Shown here: positions 4,978-10,022 of the stretch, one piece after another
How positions within the stretch are numbered: the first letter of the stretch is position 1
How the letters are laid out: every line of letters starts with the position of its first letter
Assembly: GCA_044356295.1 (NCBI GenBank)
Contig: JBIKWN010000080.1
Coordinates: 1-10,022, forward strand
Length of the DNA: 10,022 nt
Direction of reading: 5' to 3'
DNA from: Bdellovibrionota bacterium
GTDB lineage: Bacteria; Bdellovibrionota_C; UBA2361; JBIKWN01
Translations under genes and position numbers: made by a program
The notes under the pieces: model-generated
The model's database searches: none
Told to the model about the DNA's origin: nothing
The model's input: the letters and a program-made list of their open reading frames with translations, nothing else

Positions 4978-7900
4978 TTAAGCTTTTTTCAGTTTACCAA
5001 GTGCTTTTGTAATTTGGGCAAATGTTTTTGAGCCAGATTTAGATCGTGAAAATCTTAGAGTTCGTGCCCTCGACTCTTGTCGAGTTCTTGATCCGCACGT
5101 AACTGTATTAGTTAATAATAGTGATCTGGGTCCTTTCGATGAAACTAATATCTTTTTTGCTGTAAGTTTCATCTGTTTTTTAGAAACCTCTTTAGCTGCA
5201 ATAGTAGTGCTCATTAATCTTATTGGAGTACTGTTAGCAGTTTCTCTCGCAAATAGGTTAACTTTGCACTTTAAAAAATTACTTGGTATTGATTTTAATA
5301 CAACTGTTGTGGTGCCAGATCGTGAATGGGTAGCAGCAGAAACAGTTACTGGATTTGGTAATGGTGTTGCAGTAGGACGTGGGGTCGGTGTTGTATCAAA
5401 ATTTACAACAACTGGTGCTCCAGATGGATTAGGATCGGTGAGCGGAGTAGCGCATCCGGTACCAGCCTTTGTAAAATTTTTTGTTACAGTAAAAGAAGGT
5501 CCCTTTGTCGAATGTGCAATTATTGAAGCAGTATGGGATCCATTAGCGAGAGCAGAAATATCGACTAGCTGATTAAATCCTGTATTACTTGAATCTGCTG
5601 ATGGATAAGCCGTTTTTGCATTTAAGCTAAAAAGGTCAGGATAGATGTTGGTCAACCAATTTCCATCAACGATAACCTCAACGGTTGAAACGTTTTCAAA
5701 TCTATCTGTTTGAAGTGCATAACCTTTGAGTTGCAAGGAATCACAATACGTTTCATTTTGGACAGGGGCTTCGACCGAAAGGAAAGGGGCAGATCCTTGC
5801 GATCCACCATTTTCGACAACAACTCTGCCTGTCCCATATCTCGTAACTGTATTACTAACACCATCTGAAGCTTGAACGTTTATATAGTACGTTCCATTGG
5901 CTAGGCTTGTTGTATCTAGATTGTAGACTCTAGAGCCACTGCCAACTGTAAATGATGCTCCGCTAATAGGATCTCCAAGGGAACCTTTCATTGTAGATGC
6001 ATAAAAGGTTAGGGCGATTGGATCATTGTCTGCATCGCTAGCTTCGTATGCCACAGAGAAAACACCTGGGGCTCTATAATCTTTACGGAGCTTAATCGAA
6101 TCGAAATAATAAGGAGTTTGAACATTAAATTCGTGCGGATCTATTCTGAGTGCTTGAATCGTACCGCTCCAATTACTCGATGTTGTACCATCGGTATGAA
6201 GATCGGTCATGTCCATACAATAATTGTACCAACGAGAACCAGACCATCCATCGTAAATAAGAGGCAGATCTTCACTTATATGGAAAGTTCCATCAGCAAG
6301 ATAGATCACTCGACCAACGCTGCCTGTTCCTAATGAAAATTCTCGATCGATAAGCATTCTAAAACAAAGATTTTTATATTCACTACTCTCGAATGAAAAT
6401 TTATTAAAACCAGCAAAAGGGAATGTTGAGTAGTTAATTGGATCATCACTTCCGTTTAAGCTTGTTCCCTTAAAGAAGTCCCCGCGAAGACCATCAACTG
6501 CGCGAACATCTGGTAAGTAGCTTACCGCTTTTTCTGAAGGGTAGGTTGGATCGTTACCACTTAAAAGATTTGCAAAAATATTTAGATCGCCATCATTCAT
6601 ATTCCAAGGACGGATTGCTTCGCCGCCTTGTTCGTTTGGAGTTTTAATATCGATACTTGGAGGGGAATTAACGATAACGTTTGCAGAGGACGGTGTGCTC
6701 ATTTTCGCAGAAACAGCTGAAGCGCTTCGGTTGAAGCCTACATCATTTCCGGATTTTCGAGCTGATACAAAATCAAAGGTGAAAGGACCTGATGGAATAT
6801 AAATTCTAAAATTTCCAGATGTACCAGTCCAAGTGCCTTGAGCAGACAGATCAACTGCATAATAACCACCACCAGAGTCGACGAGTGTATGATAGATTCC
6901 AGTAGGTCCAATGACTGAAGGAGCGCTCGTAAAAGTGCCCTTAATCGTTACAACCTTGTACGTTGAAAGATTAATTCCACTATCTACATGCAAGAATAAG
7001 ATACCATTAGCACCTGTCCCGTCACTCGTTCCAGAAGCGACACCACTTGAATAGGTAAGGTTGTTTCCTATTCCAACCGGATACACATCCGATGAATCAT
7101 TAAAATCCCAAGGATTATCTCGTTCAAGTGTTGCATAATCACCATCCAGTAAAGCAACAGTTTTATAAGTTCCTGGAGGTACGCCAATTGTATCACTTAA
7201 GTTAACCGAACTGTTACTTGGGGTTGTAGCAGTTGTAAATTTCCTAGCATATCCGCTTGTCATCGGGTTAGTAACTCCAGACGGTACAAGATAAATATTC
7301 ATCAAGTTATCATTACCACTAGCCGCAGCGTTGTAACTGAGTGATTGTCCAAGTCCTGTACAAGTAGTTGGGTCTTCAAGCCGAATCCAGTCGATATTTA
7401 CCTCAGCACCAGATTTCGTAACTGGAATAAGTGCAAGCCCAGTGACAGGATTTGCATTCCAAAGTGTTCTATTGGTTGAGTCGTCTTGAAACGTACTATC
7501 CCCAAGACTTGGAAGGTCGATACTGTAAGTACGATTGCCTGTTTGAAATTTATTTACACCAGTTAAGACTACATTTCGATCGACAGCGTAATTTTTAGAA
7601 CGATCCCAAACCATTCTAAGTCCGACTTCGTCAGATTTATCCGCAGAATATTTTATTGAGAAACGTGTGTATTTAGTCGAATCAAATCCAATATTTTGTC
7701 CCCATCTGCCACCAACAGAATATGCACCAGCAATAGCAGGTGAAAACAGATAGAAAAAAGAAGCCACGGAACTTGTTGTGCCGGTAAAAGAGCCATTTAA
7801 AAATTGCGGATTGGAAAAATTTTGAATATCAATACCGAAAAAATAGTTATTGATATCCGATGAGCTAGACATATCCCACGGATCGTTAAGAATTTTTGTA

Positions 7901-8022
7901 GCAAAATCATCACACGATTTCACATTTTTATCTGCAAATGTGAATGAAACCTGAGCAGATAAAATATTAGCTTGTATGAAAAACAAGTAACTGACTAGAA
8001 GAAGACTTCGAATAAATCTCAT
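4978..8022 (-). CDS. Large secreted or cell-surface multidomain protein: three repeated beta-rich (CBM-like) modules, Ig-like domains, Pro/Thr linker, basic C-terminal domain
   Basis: 1014 aa with a Sec-type signal peptide (MRFIRSLLLVSYLFFIQANILSA^Q). PW(D/N)(M/F) motif occurs three times. Ig-like signatures LDTTSLANGTYYINVQASDG and DISALANGSHTASIIAH. Linker TTPTPRPTATPLP, then a K/R-rich tail. Confidence 0.85.
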   Translation of the reverse strand: MRFIRSLLLVSYLFFIQANILSAQVSFTFADKNVKSCDDFATKILNDPWDMSSSSDINNYFFGIDIQNFSNPQFLNGSFTGTTSSVASFFYLFSPAIAGAYSVGGRWGQNIGFDSTKYTRFSIKYSADKSDEVGLRMVWDRSKNYAVDRNVVLTGVNKFQTGNRTYSIDLPSLGDSTFQDDSTNRTLWNANPVTGLALIPVTKSGAEVNIDWIRLEDPTTCTGLGQSLSYNAAASGNDNLMNIYLVPSGVTNPMTSGYARKFTTATTPSNSSVNLSDTIGVPPGTYKTVALLDGDYATLERDNPWDFNDSSDVYPVGIGNNLTYSSGVASGTSDGTGANGILFLHVDSGINLSTYKVVTIKGTFTSAPSVIGPTGIYHTLVDSGGGYYAVDLSAQGTWTGTSGNFRIYIPSGPFTFDFVSARKSGNDVGFNRSASAVSAKMSTPSSANVIVNSPPSIDIKTPNEQGGEAIRPWNMNDGDLNIFANLLSGNDPTYPSEKAVSYLPDVRAVDGLRGDFFKGTSLNGSDDPINYSTFPFAGFNKFSFESSEYKNLCFRMLIDREFSLGTGSVGRVIYLADGTFHISEDLPLIYDGWSGSRWYNYCMDMTDLHTDGTTSSNWSGTIQALRIDPHEFNVQTPYYFDSIKLRKDYRAPGVFSVAYEASDADNDPIALTFYASTMKGSLGDPISGASFTVGSGSRVYNLDTTSLANGTYYINVQASDGVSNTVTRYGTGRVVVENGGSQGSAPFLSVEAPVQNETYCDSLQLKGYALQTDRFENVSTVEVIVDGNWLTNIYPDLFSLNAKTAYPSADSSNTGFNQLVDISALANGSHTASIIAHSTKGPSFTVTKNFTKAGTGCATPLTDPNPSGAPVVVNFDTTPTPRPTATPLPNPVTVSAATHSRSGTTTVVLKSIPSNFLKCKVNLFARETANSTPIRLMSTTIAAKEVSKKQMKLTAKKILVSSKGPRSLLLTNTVTCGSRTRQESRARTLRFSRSKSGSKTFAQITKALGKLKKA

Positions 8023-8219
8023 CTCTGTATTCTCGACTTATTGACTGCTAAACCTAATAATTTATAAGGGTAAAAATAGGAATATATAACAAAAGTATCT
8101 GCGAATTCTGCGTACCTTTGCATTGTTCCACTCTCTTTATTTTAGACTCGAATATGTACTTTCGCCACAGCAACTCTATAAATTTCGATACAATATTTTT
8201 TACAGTAGATATATCTCGA

Positions 8220-8249
8220 TTGATCCCATACGTTTAAGCGTACTAGACT
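8220..8249 (+). promoter_or_regulatory. Candidate sigma70 promoter for the DUF2142 gene
   Basis: TTGATC (8220-8225), 18-nt spacer, TAGACT (8244-8249). It would give a very short leader before ATG 8262, which has no SD. Confidence 0.35.
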
Positions 8250-8261
8250 ATCTTTGCCGCA

Positions 8262-9794
8262 ATGACTATACAATCAATCTGTAATTACTTCTGCCAACCA
8301 GCACGGTCTGAATCTTTCATACGTATCTTTTGGTATAACGCCGTGCTGTGCTTTATTGGCGCTTTCTTTGTCTTTGGGGTTTTGATATCCGTCCTGATAC
8401 CCCCATTTCAAGCACCAGATGAAAATGTACATTGGCTTGCTGCATATGCACGTTCTAATTTCCAAGATGGTTCTCTTGATTCAAAACCTGATTGTGCATT
8501 TGCCTATACACTCCCTGATGTTTTTGAAACCGGTCGGATTGCTTTTAAAGCACATGAAAAAATTGATGGTAAAAATTACCACAATGTTTCGACTATGGCG
8601 CAGTCATGTAAGCGATTTGGTTTAGCGTATGGGTACGTTGGTACGTATCCTGGGATGTTACTCGCACGATTATTAACGACAAAAGAAGATGTTATCCCTG
8701 ATAAAACACTACAGGTCTTTTTTCTTGCACGAATATTTCAAGGAGCTTTTATTGTTTTTCTGTTATTAAGACTTTATTCAGTAATGATTGCTTCAAATAA
8801 ACCGATCCCTGGTATGTTGTTTATGTTAGCTGGGATGATCTCTCCGATTTTTCTGCAACAGTCATTTGCCGTAAGTGCAGATGGAATTACCTTTCTTTTA
8901 ACGATGTCTCTTTTGTTTTTTCTGTTATTTATGAAACAGGCAAAGTGGTGGGATTGGATAATCTTATTTTATCTATCAATCTCTGTCGCTGCAACAAAAC
9001 CGCCTCTCTTATTGATGGTGCCAGCTTTTCTTTATACTGCATTAGTTATATCTGATATTTCAAAGAAAAATATTTTGAAACTTCTTTTTTCAAGATCAAA
9101 AACATCGCTTTTGATACACCTTTGTATTGTTAGTTCACTACTTGGAGCAATTTGGGTACTAACAAAAGATCATGCGCCGCCCGCTCATCAGATTTTGGGT
9201 AGGGATCTCAGTATTAAAAGACAGTTGTTCTTTACTATGGATCATCCCTGGTTTGTTCTAAAAATTCTGATCCATTCAGTTGGTAATTTTTTCTCTGTAG
9301 ACAGTATTCTTGGTTCACTCGGCTGGCTTGATACTCCACTCAGTGAATGGACTAAATCTAAAATGATACATCTATTAATTTTTGCAGGTATTGTTGATGG
9401 AGTACATTTTTCATTGATTATCCTGAGGCAAATAAAACAGAAGAAAGAAAAAATGTATTGGGTTAAAAAGTTAGCCTCGGTCAGTATGCTTTTTTTATCT
9501 TTGTATGGGACTGCGCTTTTTGTTGCGCTCACTTTATACTTAACATGGTCACCGGTAGGTGGATCGGGGATTGATGGATTACAATCAAGATATTTCTTCC
9601 CAGTCCTTCTTGCGTTACCAATGGTTGTTGGGTACCTGGGCTTTGTGCCAGATGTTGAAAATACAGTTGAACCAATCCACTCGGAAATTCAAATCAATAA
9701 TATTGCTAGACTTTGTGCGTATTTGGTGAGTATTCCCTTAATTATCCAACTGTTTTGCCCACTTTGTTTAGACTTGTTGAGACGATGGTGGTGA
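8262..9794 (+). CDS. DUF2142-family polytopic membrane protein (predicted GT-C-fold glycosyltransferase)
   Basis: Signature motifs PPFQAPDENVH after TM1, ARIF, VSAD, TKPP, GSLGWLDTPL and IDGLQSRYFFP (cf. GxQGRYFxP); many TM helices. Confidence 0.85.
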   Translation: MTIQSICNYFCQPARSESFIRIFWYNAVLCFIGAFFVFGVLISVLIPPFQAPDENVHWLAAYARSNFQDGSLDSKPDCAFAYTLPDVFETGRIAFKAHEKIDGKNYHNVSTMAQSCKRFGLAYGYVGTYPGMLLARLLTTKEDVIPDKTLQVFFLARIFQGAFIVFLLLRLYSVMIASNKPIPGMLFMLAGMISPIFLQQSFAVSADGITFLLTMSLLFFLLFMKQAKWWDWIILFYLSISVAATKPPLLLMVPAFLYTALVISDISKKNILKLLFSRSKTSLLIHLCIVSSLLGAIWVLTKDHAPPAHQILGRDLSIKRQLFFTMDHPWFVLKILIHSVGNFFSVDSILGSLGWLDTPLSEWTKSKMIHLLIFAGIVDGVHFSLIILRQIKQKKEKMYWVKKLASVSMLFLSLYGTALFVALTLYLTWSPVGGSGIDGLQSRYFFPVLLALPMVVGYLGFVPDVENTVEPIHSEIQINNIARLCAYLVSIPLIIQLFCPLCLDLLRRWW

Positions 9795-10022
9795 TGGTTT
9801 CTTGAGAAGTAATACGATCAAGAGGCAAAGAGCCCAGAATTGTAGATTAAAGAATCTGAGTCCTAACAATGCAAAGCTTAGATATATTCCCAAGACTTCC
9901 CCAAGACCGTCCGGAGAGAAAAGTAAAAATACTGACGAAAAGAAGCAATAGGGGATCCAAATTCGATTAGTACAAAAGACGCAAAGAGGAATAAGAGGTA
10001 AAATTAAATATTGATTTGCCAT
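9768..10022 (-). CDS. C-terminal part of a polytopic membrane protein, possibly another GT-C-fold transferase; probably starts beyond the window
   Basis: Hydrophobic 84-aa frame open to the window edge, so the edge ATG is probably an internal Met. ANQYLILP resembles the late QY..P motif of GT87/PIG-M-like proteins. The stop overlaps the DUF2142 3' end by 27 nt. Confidence 0.6.
   Translation of the reverse strand: MANQYLILPLIPLCVFCTNRIWIPYCFFSSVFLLFSPDGLGEVLGIYLSFALLGLRFFNLQFWALCLLIVLLLKKPSPPSSQQV

Noticed and set aside
5207..6333. ORFs 5207..5572 (+), 5652..5864 (-) and 6118..6333 (+)
   Set aside because: All are nested within the 1014-aa gene in other frames or on the other strand, with no recognisable motifs.
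8113..8256. Two TAnnTTTG strings (TACCTTTG 8113-8120; TATCTTTG 8249-8256) resembling the Bacteroidota -7 promoter element
   Set aside because: Neither has a properly spaced -33 TTTG, and the rnpB promoter is an ordinary extended -10 sigma70 type, so these are likely chance matches in AT-rich DNA.
8274..9532. ORFs 8274..8465 (-), 8419..8625 (+) and 9242..9532 (-)
   Set aside because: They are shadows of the DUF2142 gene.

Overview
Bacterial, AT-rich window dominated by cell-surface and envelope genes around an RNase P RNA gene (rnpB, ~4581-4969, +). Left to right: (1) a partial GT87/DUF2029-like membrane glycosyltransferase (<1..1018, -) that the ORF track misses; (2) a divergent, orphan Flp-type pilin (1143..1340); (3) a second GT87-like gene directly behind it, whose N-terminal membrane helix lies upstream of the first in-frame ATG; (4) a YheC/YheD-like ATP-grasp protein; (5) rnpB, a type A RNA with several non-canonical features; (6) a 1014-aa secreted protein with three repeated modules, a Pro/Thr linker and a very basic C-terminal domain; (7) a DUF2142-like membrane protein; (8) the 3' end of another polytopic membrane protein. 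The best candidate for an undescribed system is a Flp pilin flanked by GT-C-fold glycosyltransferases, possibly a pilin or surface-protein glycosylation module. All family calls come from motif recognition by eye, not database searches.
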